Assembly (NCBI GenBank): GCA_905233285.1
Contig: CAJODY010000005.1
Location: 1,246 to 65,245, forward strand
DNA length: 64,000 nucleotides
Reading direction: 5' to 3'
From: an uncultured Bacteroidaceae bacterium
Lineage (GTDB): Bacteria > Bacteroidota > Bacteroidia > Bacteroidales > Bacteroidaceae
In this document: positions 1 through 9,400 of the stretch, one piece after another
How the letters are laid out: each line of letters opens with the position of its first letter
Numbering within the stretch: the first letter of the stretch is position 1
Made by a program: the position numbers and the translations under genes
The notes under the pieces: model-generated
What the model was told of the DNA's origin: nothing
Database searches by the model: none
What the model saw: the letters and a program-made list of their open reading frames with translations, nothing else

Positions 1-8
1 CTGAGCGG

Positions 9-56
9 TTCTTTAGTTCTTTAGTTTCAAAGTTCTTTAGTTCTTTAGTCGCAAAG
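9..56. repeat. 8-nt periodic array (TTCTTTAG x4, plus variants TTTCAAAG and TCGCAAAG)
   Basis: Six consecutive 8-mers read directly from the sequence. Confidence 0.8.
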
Positions 57-89
57 TCCCCGAAAGTTTTTCTGACTTCCGGGGACTTT
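53..89. terminator. Hairpin downstream of hppA with a 10-bp stem (AAAGTCCCCG / CGGGGACTTT) and a 17-nt loop
   Basis: Perfect inverted repeat at 53-62 and 80-89. It is followed by T-rich sequence on the + strand and lies 24 nt past the hppA stop on the - strand. Confidence 0.4.
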
Positions 90-112
90 TCTTTAGGATA
101 TTTGTTTCTATT

Positions 113-2305
113 TTACGAAAAGGCAACGGTGAGTCCTGCCATGACAATGCTGACCATCGACATCAGCTTGATGAGGATATTCAACGAAGGGCCACTGGTG
201 TCCTTGAATGGGTCGCCCACGGTATCGCCCACGATAGTGGCTTTATGAGCAAAACTGCCTTTGCCTCCGAAATTGCCCTCTTCGACCATCTTCTTGGCAT
301 TGTCCCATGCTCCGCCCGAGTTAGCCATAAAGACAGCAAGGGTGAAGCCTCCGGCAAGTCCGCCGACGAGCAGGCCGAGCACTCCGGCTACGCCGAGAAC
401 CAGTCCGACGACGATAGGAATGGCGATGGCAAGGAGCGACGGGAATATCATCTCGTGCTGTGCTGCACGGGTGGAGATGGCAACGCAGGAACCATAGTCG
501 GGTGTGGCCTTGCCTTCGAGTATTCCTTTTATTTCGCGGAACTGACGACGCACTTCCTCAACCATCTTCTGGGCAGCACGTCCGACGGCTTCCATCGTGA
601 GTCCGCAGAAGAGGAAGGCAGCCATAGCTCCGATGAATGCTCCGACGAGTACACGCGGATTCATCAGGTTGACCTGGAAGTAGTTCATGAAGTCGGGGAT
701 GGTGGCATCGGCCGCACTGATGATGTCGCCCTTCAGATTAGTCAGGGTCATGCCGGCACGCTCCATCGCTATCTTCACCTCCTCGATATACGATGCAAGG
801 AGAGCCAAGGCTGTGAGTGCTGCAGAACCGATGGCAAAGCCCTTACCCGTAGCAGCTGTAGTGTTGCCGAGGGCATCGAGGGCATCGGTGCGATGGCGTA
901 CCTCCTCACCCAATTCGCACATCTCCGCATTGCCTCCGGCATTGTCGGCAATAGGTCCGTATGCATCTGTTGCGAGAGTGATACCCAGTGTAGAGAGCAT
1001 GCCCACAGCAGCTATTCCGATGCCGTAGAGTCCGTGAGAAAGTGCTTCGGCATTCATCTGCATATCGAAGCCGTTGGCACAGAGGTAGCTGAGCATGATG
1101 GCTACGCCGATGGTGACAACGGGGATGCAGGTAGATATCATACCTGTACCCACACCTTTGATAATCACTGTGGCAGAACCAGTCAGACCTGCCTCCGATA
1201 TCTTCTGTGTAGGTTTGTAGGAGTGGCTGGTGTAGTATTCGGTAGCCTGTCCGATGATGACTCCTGCCACCAGTCCTGTAATGACGGAGAAGCTGAGTCC
1301 GAGCCAGTTTTCAATCTGGAGGAGGTAGAGAATGGCAAAAGTAGCGACGGCAATCAGGAGTGCGGATATGTTTGTACCCACGGAGAGGGAATGCAGGAGG
1401 TCGCGCATGGTGGCACCCTCTTTGGTGCGGACGAGGTAGATGCCGAATATGCTGAGGAACAAGCCCACGGCTGCAATGAGCATGGGGGCGATAACTGCTT
1501 TCATCTGCATCTCGGGAACGAGTGCAAAGGCTGTGGCACCGAGTGCGGCAGTAGAGAGTATGGAACCGCAATAGCTCTCGTAGAGGTCGGCTCCCATACC
1601 GGCCACGTCGCCCACGTTGTCGCCTACGTTGTCGGCAATGGTAGCAGGATTGCGCGGGTCGTCCTCGGGGATGTCAGCCTCAACCTTACCTACGATGTCG
1701 GCACCTACGTCGGCTGCCTTGGTGTAGATTCCTCCTCCGACACGGGCAAAGAGAGCCTGTGTGGAAGCACCCATTCCGAAGGTGAGCATGGTGGTGGTTA
1801 TGGTGATGAGCGCCATCTTGTCGCCATGGTAGAACTGACTGAGGATGAGGAACCAGATGGCGATGTCGAGCAGTCCGAGACCTACGACCGTCAAGCCCAT
1901 CACGGCACCCGAACGGAATGCGATACGCAGTCCACCGTCAAGACTCTTACGAGCTGCGTTGGCTGTACGGGCAGAGGCATAAGTGGCTGTCTTCATGCCG
2001 AAGAAGCCTGCCAAGCCAGAGAAGAAACCACCGGTAAGGAATGCAAACGGTACCCAGGGGTTCTGCCATTTCAGTACGTATGCCATGAAGGCAAAGACGA
2101 TGGCAAGGACAATGAAGACGATAGCAACCACTTTGTATTGCTGCTTCAGATAAGACATGGCTCCGCTACGTACGAAGCCGGCAATTTCACGCATACGAGG
2201 TGTACCCTCGTCCGCATTCATCATTGTGCGGAAGAAATAAAATGCCATGCTCAATGCCACTACTGATGCAATGGGCACTAGCCAAAAAGCAGATGGAATG
2301 TTCAT
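113..2305 (-). CDS. hppA: Membrane-bound pyrophosphate-energised cation pump (H+/Na+-PPase), K+-dependent subclass
   Basis: 730-aa polytopic ORF with GGIYTKAADVGADIVGKVE, DNVGDNVGD and DPFKDTSGPSLNILIKL. GNTTAATGKG has Ala rather than Lys at the K+-dependence position. Confidence 0.95.
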   Translation of the reverse strand: MNIPSAFWLVPIASVVALSMAFYFFRTMMNADEGTPRMREIAGFVRSGAMSYLKQQYKVVAIVFIVLAIVFAFMAYVLKWQNPWVPFAFLTGGFFSGLAGFFGMKTATYASARTANAARKSLDGGLRIAFRSGAVMGLTVVGLGLLDIAIWFLILSQFYHGDKMALITITTTMLTFGMGASTQALFARVGGGIYTKAADVGADIVGKVEADIPEDDPRNPATIADNVGDNVGDVAGMGADLYESYCGSILSTAALGATAFALVPEMQMKAVIAPMLIAAVGLFLSIFGIYLVRTKEGATMRDLLHSLSVGTNISALLIAVATFAILYLLQIENWLGLSFSVITGLVAGVIIGQATEYYTSHSYKPTQKISEAGLTGSATVIIKGVGTGMISTCIPVVTIGVAIMLSYLCANGFDMQMNAEALSHGLYGIGIAAVGMLSTLGITLATDAYGPIADNAGGNAEMCELGEEVRHRTDALDALGNTTAATGKGFAIGSAALTALALLASYIEEVKIAMERAGMTLTNLKGDIISAADATIPDFMNYFQVNLMNPRVLVGAFIGAMAAFLFCGLTMEAVGRAAQKMVEEVRRQFREIKGILEGKATPDYGSCVAISTRAAQHEMIFPSLLAIAIPIVVGLVLGVAGVLGLLVGGLAGGFTLAVFMANSGGAWDNAKKMVEEGNFGGKGSFAHKATIVGDTVGDPFKDTSGPSLNILIKLMSMVSIVMAGLTVAFS

Positions 2306-2314
2306 AGTATATAG

Positions 2315-2377
2315 TTTACAGGTTACAGTTTACAGCTTACCGCTTACAGCTTACAGGTTACAGGTTACAGGTTAATG
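2315..2377 (-). repeat. 7-nt tandem array (coding-strand NCTGTAA, about 9-10 units) filling the SDR-stop to hppA-start spacer
   Basis: The + strand reads TTTACAG GTTACAG TTTACAG CTTACCG CTTACAG CTTACAG GTTACAG GTTACAG GTTAATG. Confidence 0.9.
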
Positions 2378-2378
2378 G

Positions 2379-3089
2379 TTAAATGTCTTCTTTTACTATG
2401 GGATAGAGTTCGATGAACTCGCCCTGATGGTTCTGACCGTCGTTAATCAGTTCGGCAAACTTCTGGCCTACGGTCTCGATGTCGTGGAATCCGGGGAGGG
2501 ACATGTTGCCATTGAGGTCGGTCGTAGTTGGTCCAGGATGTACGGAGAATATCTCGACCGGTGTACCCGCCTGCTGGAATTCTATTGCCATTACACCCAT
2601 CATGGCGTTCTGTGCTGCCTTGCTGGCTACGTATGCCAGAGGGTGCCAGTAGGGACTGATTTCGGAGGGTACTGTGACATTGGCTATTCGTCCGCCGTTC
2701 TTTGCAATCAGCGGAATCAGTGCCTTGGTGAGTGCAAAAGTGCCGATGAAGTTGACGTCGAGTGTTTCGCGCAACGTACTGATTTCTGTATGTTCGCTAT
2801 CGACACTCATATCGCCAGGGATACCGGCATTGTTCACGAGCAGCGACAGTTCAGGATATTTATCTTTAACCTCAGCAGCAGTCTGAGAGACATTGGCTAA
2901 ATCCTTCAGTTCGATGTTCACCCAGCCAAGCACGTCGATGCCGTCAGCCTTCAGTGTGTCGATGGCTTTCAGGGCACGCTGTTCGTTGCGTGCACCAATC
3001 ACTACTTTCCACCCACTCTTTCCGAGGTGTTTTGCAATTCCAAATCCGATGCCCTTATTGGCTCCGGTTACTAAAGCAATCTTTTCCAT
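2379..3089 (-). CDS. Short-chain dehydrogenase/reductase (classical SDR)
   Basis: TGANKGIGFGIA (TGxxxGxG), NNAG and YVASKAA (YxxxK). Length is 236 aa. Confidence 0.85.
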   Translation of the reverse strand: MEKIALVTGANKGIGFGIAKHLGKSGWKVVIGARNEQRALKAIDTLKADGIDVLGWVNIELKDLANVSQTAAEVKDKYPELSLLVNNAGIPGDMSVDSEHTEISTLRETLDVNFIGTFALTKALIPLIAKNGGRIANVTVPSEISPYWHPLAYVASKAAQNAMMGVMAIEFQQAGTPVEIFSVHPGPTTTDLNGNMSLPGFHDIETVGQKFAELINDGQNHQGEFIELYPIVKEDI

Positions 3090-3093
3090 TACT

Positions 3094-3663
3094 TTATTTG
3101 AGCGTTGCTTTTACGTTGGTAATCATATTTTTATGGTTCTCATCTGGAGAAGTAAGCGAAGATGAGAGCACAACATCACCAGCCTTGTCTTTCGTAGAGA
3201 AAGTGCCCGAGTAAATGATGTCGCTAGCCTGATACAGAGTGGCCTCGACCATGACCTTGTATATGCCGTTTTTGACTTTTTCGCCTTTCTGATTGGTGAA
3301 GTCCCATGTGAAGGTCTGTGTACCACCAGCCTGTGGAGTGGCTCCTGTGACAGCATCGAGTTGCTCGTCGGTCTGTTCTTCGGCTTTAACCGTCTTTACC
3401 CATGTAGGTACGCAGTGGGGACGTACGATGTAGCCGCGCTGTGCCGGCTGACCGCCTCGTGCACGCCCTTTGGTAGTGAAGGAAGTGACGAAGAGAGTCT
3501 TAACTACTTCGCCTTTCTCGTTCTCTACCCATACGGCATACTGATTAGAACCCGGTCCTGCCTGTTTCTGATAGTCGAACGACACCTCAAGACAGGTTAC
3601 CTTAGCCTGCATATTGATGGCAGCAAGCAGACTGAATACTGTAAGCAATAAATTCTGTTTCAT
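3094..3663 (-). CDS. Secreted protein, DUF2271-like (function unknown)
   Basis: Signal peptide MKQNLLLTVFSLLAAINMQA. NQYAVWVENEKGEVVKTLFVT and DAVTGATP resemble DUF2271, a family assignment made from memory only. Confidence 0.5.
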   Translation of the reverse strand: MKQNLLLTVFSLLAAINMQAKVTCLEVSFDYQKQAGPGSNQYAVWVENEKGEVVKTLFVTSFTTKGRARGGQPAQRGYIVRPHCVPTWVKTVKAEEQTDEQLDAVTGATPQAGGTQTFTWDFTNQKGEKVKNGIYKVMVEATLYQASDIIYSGTFSTKDKAGDVVLSSSLTSPDENHKNMITNVKATLK

Positions 3664-3729
3664 AACTTTTTATATAAGGGTTAAGGGTTAGTAACTTAAT
3701 AGCTTAATAACTTAATAGAAATTTTGCGG

Positions 3730-3737
3730 CAAATTTA
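3730..3737 (-). promoter_or_regulatory. Candidate Bacteroidetes -7 box (TAAATTTG) for the DUF2271-SDR-hppA transcription unit
   Basis: Matches TAnnTTTG on the - strand, 66 nt upstream of the ATG at 3663. Confidence 0.45.
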
Positions 3738-3759
3738 GAGTTAATTATTCAGATTTGCG

Positions 3760-3767
3760 TACTTTTG
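3760..3767 (+). promoter_or_regulatory. Candidate -7 box (TACTTTTG) for glycerate kinase
   Basis: Matches TAnnTTTG, 24 nt upstream of the ATG at 3792. Confidence 0.45.
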
Positions 3768-3791
3768 CAAGAGATTTTTCAAAAGATTATT

Positions 3792-4823
3792 ATGAAAATC
3801 ATCGTAGCTATCGACTCGCTGAAGGGATGTCTGACATCGGCTGAGGCAAACAGGGCAGCTGCCGAGGGAATAAGCGGCAGAATGCCTGATGCCGAGGTAT
3901 TGCAACTCGCAGTCAGTGATGGCGGCGAGGGATGGGTGGAAGCTTTTCACCATGTCTTGGGAGGCAGTCGGATAGAGGTAAGAGTGAAAGACCCGCTGAT
4001 GCGCGACACGAAAGCTCAGTACCTGATGAAAGGAGATACGGCGGTGATAGAGATGGCTCAAGCCAGCGGACTGGCTCTGCTCCGTAAGGAGGAACGCAAC
4101 CCGATGGTGGCAACGAGTTATGGTACAGGGCAACTGGTGGCAGATGCCGTAAAGAAGGGCGCAAGACACATCATCGTCGGACTTGGTGGCAGTGGTACGA
4201 GCGACTGCGGAAAAGGTATGCTTGAAGCAATTCAGGATGCAGAATGCATAATCAATGATGATGTGCGATTTACCATAGCTGCCGATGTAAACAATCCACT
4301 TTGCGGGGAACGCGGAGCTGCCCACGTGTTCGGTCCCCAGAAAGGAGCAACCCCGGAGATGGTTGAGAGACTCGACACTATGGCAAGAGAATTTGCAGAG
4401 TTTTCTGCAAAACACATGGGCTACGACCGTCAATACCTGCCTGGCGCAGGTGCTGCAGGTGGACTGGGTTATGCCTTCATGCAATACCTGAATGCCGAGT
4501 ACCGTTCGGGTGCCGAACTGCTGTTGGAGACGGCTGGATTCGACCAGATGCTGCGTGGAGCCTCTATGGTCATCACTGGAGAAGGAAGGGCAGACCGTCA
4601 GACCCTGATGGGAAAACTTCCACAGGTAATTCTGCAACATGCTGGGCGCATGGGTGTGCCGGTAATGCTGATTGCCGGTAAGGTAGATGACAGGCAGCTG
4701 TTGCTCGATGCCGGGTTCCATAGAGTGGAATGCATCAACCCTCCTACCCTACCCACGGATGAAGCCATGAAACCAGAAACGGCAAAAGAGAATATCCGAA
4801 GGACTTTGACAATTAAACCGTAA
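3792..4823 (+). CDS. Glycerate kinase
   Basis: MKIIVAIDSLKGCLTSAEA N-terminus, GLGGSGTSDCGKG and ITGEGRADRQTLMGK. The start was moved to the first ATG because the track ORF begins at a TTG inside the promoter box. Confidence 0.85.
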   Translation: MKIIVAIDSLKGCLTSAEANRAAAEGISGRMPDAEVLQLAVSDGGEGWVEAFHHVLGGSRIEVRVKDPLMRDTKAQYLMKGDTAVIEMAQASGLALLRKEERNPMVATSYGTGQLVADAVKKGARHIIVGLGGSGTSDCGKGMLEAIQDAECIINDDVRFTIAADVNNPLCGERGAAHVFGPQKGATPEMVERLDTMAREFAEFSAKHMGYDRQYLPGAGAAGGLGYAFMQYLNAEYRSGAELLLETAGFDQMLRGASMVITGEGRADRQTLMGKLPQVILQHAGRMGVPVMLIAGKVDDRQLLLDAGFHRVECINPPTLPTDEAMKPETAKENIRRTLTIKP

Positions 4824-4935
4824 ACCATATACCATATTCAGATAATTTTTTGCCAATTTAGCCGATTAGGTAATAACACTTCTTAATCCTTTTGCATTTT
4901 TTTTATTTTAATGTACGTATGTGAAAGGATTTTTC

Positions 4936-4943
4936 TATTTTTG
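4936..4943 (+). promoter_or_regulatory. Candidate -7 box (TATTTTTG) for the 5016-10455 operon
   Basis: Matches TAnnTTTG, 72 nt upstream of the ATG at 5016. Confidence 0.4.
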
Positions 4944-5015
4944 CACCCAAGACCACAAATAACCTAACAGAGACACAAACAAATTGGGTTTTAAATAACA
5001 ATCTATAATACTACT

Positions 5016-6413
5016 ATGAATCTCAGACATTTCTTTACTGCACTGGCTGTATGGGGGCTGACTCTGTCGGCAAGTGCTCAGATGACGTTCACACTCAACG
5101 GCATCACCTACGGCGATGTAGCCGAGTGCAACAGCAAAGGTTTCACTACTGTCACCCTACCGGCAGGTACCGACCTCAGCGGACTTATCACAGCCGTCGA
5201 GGTCGATGGTTCTTCCGTTTCTGCAGACGCAGTTACTCCCAATCCAACAACCACGAAGCTCAACTACGGCGAGTTGAAGGTATTCACTTACAACAACAAA
5301 GCCTATGGTTTCCGCTTCGAGGAAGATGTTTGGTTCTGCGGAGTATTCTTCTCCGACTGCCATATTAACCAAGGTAGCGGACATGACGGCACCAGTGCGT
5401 CGGACATGACCACCATCATGAACAATATCATCGCTATGGGTCAGGACGGCAACAAGAAAGTCACCTTCACCACTGAAGGTGCCACGAACCTCGTACCCAA
5501 GACTAGCATAATTTTCTGTACTGGAGACCTTGATCAGGATAAGGGCAATGATTCTAACGATGGAAAACATACTGCATTTCTCAACTGTACAGCCGAAGTG
5601 GCCAAAACGGCAGGAATTCCGTTTATCTTTATTGCAGGTAACCACGATTTTACACCAGATTACTGGACAGGTGAAGATGGTGATGCTGGCGTAACCTATG
5701 GAAGTACTGGTGGTTCTAATGCCGATGATAAAACAATAAGTGCTATTACAGACAACAACAGCTATTGGAACAATGCAGGTGTCTTTGATGAGAATATCCA
5801 GTATTTCACTGGTGGCAGCGGCAATTGGCAGCCAAGCCACTTCACTTTCAAATTCAAGGATGTGCGTTTCTACTGCGCCAATAACTATTGGTTCCAAAAG
5901 CCATATCAAAAACCAGGATGGTTCTCTGGTGCCACTTATTATGCTCCCGACGGCATTATCAGTGCCCTTAACACATTTGTAGAATCGCATACCGAGGAGG
6001 CTTCAGTATGGATGCAACATTATCCTTGGTTGGCTGGTTCGGATTGCAACCGCTGGTGGCTTGATCAGAATGACGTAGGTAAATACAAGACCTCAAGCAA
6101 TTCTTCCATTTATGGTTCTAGCACCTCTGGCATAGCCTACAACGATGCAACATCTGCCAATACCCTTAAGAAAGACCCGCTTTCTGCCATCATGATGAAG
6201 GCAGCAGGAAAAGTTGGCGGCAAAGTACAGCACTTCTCTGGACACTACCACCGCTTTTATGACGCCACATACACTTCTACAGTCAACGGCGACAACAAAG
6301 TACACGACTACACAGTAGCTGCCCCAGGCAATACAGAGCAGACAAACAACGCCTACGTTGTGCTCTTCAAGCGCGGGGAGGGCGTAAAGGAGGTTATCCA
6401 GACCCAATTCTAA
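5016..6413 (+). CDS. Secreted calcineurin-like metallophosphoesterase with an extra N-terminal domain
   Basis: Signal peptide, then FFSDCH (DxH), CTGDLDQD (GDxxD), IAGNHDF (GNHD/E) and GHYH. Confidence 0.8.
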   Translation: MNLRHFFTALAVWGLTLSASAQMTFTLNGITYGDVAECNSKGFTTVTLPAGTDLSGLITAVEVDGSSVSADAVTPNPTTTKLNYGELKVFTYNNKAYGFRFEEDVWFCGVFFSDCHINQGSGHDGTSASDMTTIMNNIIAMGQDGNKKVTFTTEGATNLVPKTSIIFCTGDLDQDKGNDSNDGKHTAFLNCTAEVAKTAGIPFIFIAGNHDFTPDYWTGEDGDAGVTYGSTGGSNADDKTISAITDNNSYWNNAGVFDENIQYFTGGSGNWQPSHFTFKFKDVRFYCANNYWFQKPYQKPGWFSGATYYAPDGIISALNTFVESHTEEASVWMQHYPWLAGSDCNRWWLDQNDVGKYKTSSNSSIYGSSTSGIAYNDATSANTLKKDPLSAIMMKAAGKVGGKVQHFSGHYHRFYDATYTSTVNGDNKVHDYTVAAPGNTEQTNNAYVVLFKRGEGVKEVIQTQF

Positions 6414-6450
6414 ACTCACACATTACTAACGAAACGAAAGGAACAAAGAC

Positions 6451-9400
6451 ATGAAACGTAAATCATTCTATACAATCATTGCAGCCCTCATCGCTTTTTC
6501 AAGTAATGCGTGGGCTGATACCGACAAACTCCCCGCAGCCGACGGCTGGACAAAGATTACCACCGTGCCTACATCGGCAGAAATCGGCAGTAACTACTAC
6601 GTCTTCGTCGATGCTACACGAGATTTGATGCTTGGCATCGGTAAGGGTGTACAGAACACCAAGGCATGGTATTCCCTTGCTCTATACTACCGCACATCCG
6701 TGGAACCCACGTCAAAGGATATAAATCCTATGGTATGGACGTTGGAATCCAATGATGGTGGTTTCTCCATGCGTAACCTTGACCAGCCCGTACATCTCTT
6801 CCAGACGGAAAATAACGCTGCATGGTATTTCGACACCAACGACGTCACATCGTCTAACAGTTGGTCAAAAATTAATTTGGCTTACTCCGATGGCAAATGG
6901 ACAATAGAGAACAGTAAATTCACAGGCAACTATATCGGTCCTTGGAATGACAACAACTTCACCAATGGTGCCGAATGTGCAGGTAATAAGACGACGGCAC
7001 TCAGAGGTTATTTCCAAATCTATGCCATCAGCCGTGCAAAGTTTAAGCAGAACCTCCTTGATAATGCCTCAAGCAGTAATCCTGTGGATCTCACTCCGTG
7101 GTATGTTTCTAACCCTACTTTCGACGGAGGTACAGACGAAGGTAAACGTACAGGTTGGACGGAAGAAGGCAGCGGAGGAAATAACAATACCCATGAACGC
7201 GGTGGCGGTTGCGAAATTTGGCATCGTTCAGGGTTCAATATCCACCAAGACTTGACTATTCCTAACGGAAAGTATAAAGTCTCTTTGCAGATGGCAGGAA
7301 CGTCAGGAGCAGGTAAAGTGTATGGTACAAGTAATGGAACTACCAAGGAGGCTGCATCAAGTGCCGCTGCCGGTGCCAATTTCCAAAGCACCATTTTGTC
7401 AATGATTCAAGACCGCACATTCGGTCAAACCATTACTGACGAGATAACTGTATCAAATGGTTCGTTGACCATTGGTATGAAGTGTGAGACAACTGACCAA
7501 TGGATTAACTTCGACAACTTCAAACTCTACTGCACAGGACTAGATCTTTCAGCATACGTATCCCAGCTCTCAGACTTGGTGGACGATTGCAACGATTTTA
7601 TTGCGAGCGACGTAGTTCCGACAGCATGTGAGAACGCTATTAGTTCTGCAATCACTACCTACAATCAGTCTTATGCAACAGCCAAGGAGTACAGTACTGC
7701 AATAGTGGCTCTGACTGCCGTGCTTGATACATATAGTAACGACACCGAACTGCAAACTGCCTACTCCGACTACAAGACCATGCGTACTAACGTGCAGGGT
7801 TTGGAAAACACTTCTACTTATAAATATACTGACCCAGGCTCAGCCAAATCGACCTTAGACACAGCCATTTCTTCTGCCAATACTGCCGTAGAGGCTGCTA
7901 CCACAGCATCTGCCATCAACACGCAGACAGCCAACATACGTGCCGCAGCCATGACCTTCATCAGCAGCGTGACGGCAGAAGAAGGAAACCCCTTCAATCT
8001 AATGTTCCTAGCCTCACAAGTCTATAGCGACTGGAAGAAAAAGGACGGCTCGGCTGCAGGCATCGTAGGTGATGCATTTCTTGCAAACCGCCCTGAAGAT
8101 ATTCCTCCGTTTGCTGAAAATTTCGAATGGACTGCCGCCACAACAGGTAACGTCCTCTACCAGACTGTCAGCGGCCTGCCTATCGGCTATTATCAGGTAG
8201 GCATGTATGCAATGGCACTGAGCACATCAAACCGCGACGGCATGGCCACCGAAGCAACTGAAGGCGATGCAGACCGCTCGTTTGCTTTTGCTGGAGACTT
8301 GACTGATGCAACCTCCATTCAACGCACAGGACTTCCAATCAAGTTCGCTACGTCAATCGATTTCACCGACCTTACTACCCTCGACGTGAACGTACACCTC
8401 ACCTCGGCAGGTGATCTGACCTTCGGCGTACAGAAGGACAAAAACGGTTCAAACTGGCACTTTGCCCAGATAATGACTATCGCTTACAGCAAAGACCCCG
8501 ACCTAACTGGACTGAAAGAAACACGCGATGCGCTCGTTTCCGAGGCTCAGGGATTGCTTGCTAGCGATGATGCCAACCTGCTTACCACGGAACAGCAGAA
8601 TGCACTGAACACAGCTATCAGCACTGCCGAAGCAGCTAATACTTTCGAGGACCTCAACGAAGTAACCCTCACTACGCTACCTAATGCTATCAATACTGCT
8701 AGAAGTCAGATTCAGACTGTTAAGGACAACCGCGTACTGATGCTTGCAGCACTGGAACGCTTCGAAACTGACTATAACCTTGCCGATGGTACCGACTACC
8801 AACGTTCTACCATGAGTGCAACAGCATGGACTGACCTTTTGGCTAAAGTGAATGCAGTAAGCGAAGCACTCGACGACATATCACTCAGTTCTGAATATGC
8901 TACTCGCAAGAATGCCCTCGTTGCACAGATGGGTGCTACCGACACCTCCCTCCGTCTCTTCAAGAGCTACAAGGCAATGGTAGAAGGTTGTACGGCTCTC
9001 AGCATCGCAGGCAGCTATGGTGCAGACAGCAACATGGATACAGATGACACTCAGCAGACAGCTATCACAGCCCTCAATACTGCCTTCGTAACTTACAACT
9101 ACGGTCAGACTGCCGACTTCGACGTGAGTGCCTTCCTGGGCAGCAACCTCAACTTCAGCGCTGCCGAAGGTGCTGCATTAAACACCGAAAACAGCAACAA
9201 CATCCACGAAGTAACAGGTTGGGAAGTATCGTATGCCGATGCAGACCAGTGGGCAGTCGTTCAGACTCATCAAAGCGAAAACGATGGAAAACTCTACATG
9301 CGTAAGAACTGGGGCAGCGCTGCTACGACGCTTTCGGTAAGCAAACTGAAGATGCTTCCTGCAGGCAAGTATCGCCTCTCCTTCTCGTGGAACAGCAATA

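Noticed and set aside
245-2266. 673-aa ORF on the + strand, opposite hppA
   Set aside because: It is entirely antisense to a gene with unmistakable PPase motifs. The product is low-complexity (rich in Gly, Asp, His and Cys) with no recognisable domain. This is a typical shadow ORF.
2306-2378. Possibility that the tandem arrays (here, 21995-22029, 28114-28160, 49202-49264) are CRISPR arrays
   Set aside because: The units are only 7-12 nt and directly abutting with no unique spacers, and no cas genes are in the window.
3741-4721. 326-aa ORF antisense to glycerate kinase
   Set aside because: It is a shadow of a well-supported CDS, has no motifs, and begins inside the divergent promoter region.
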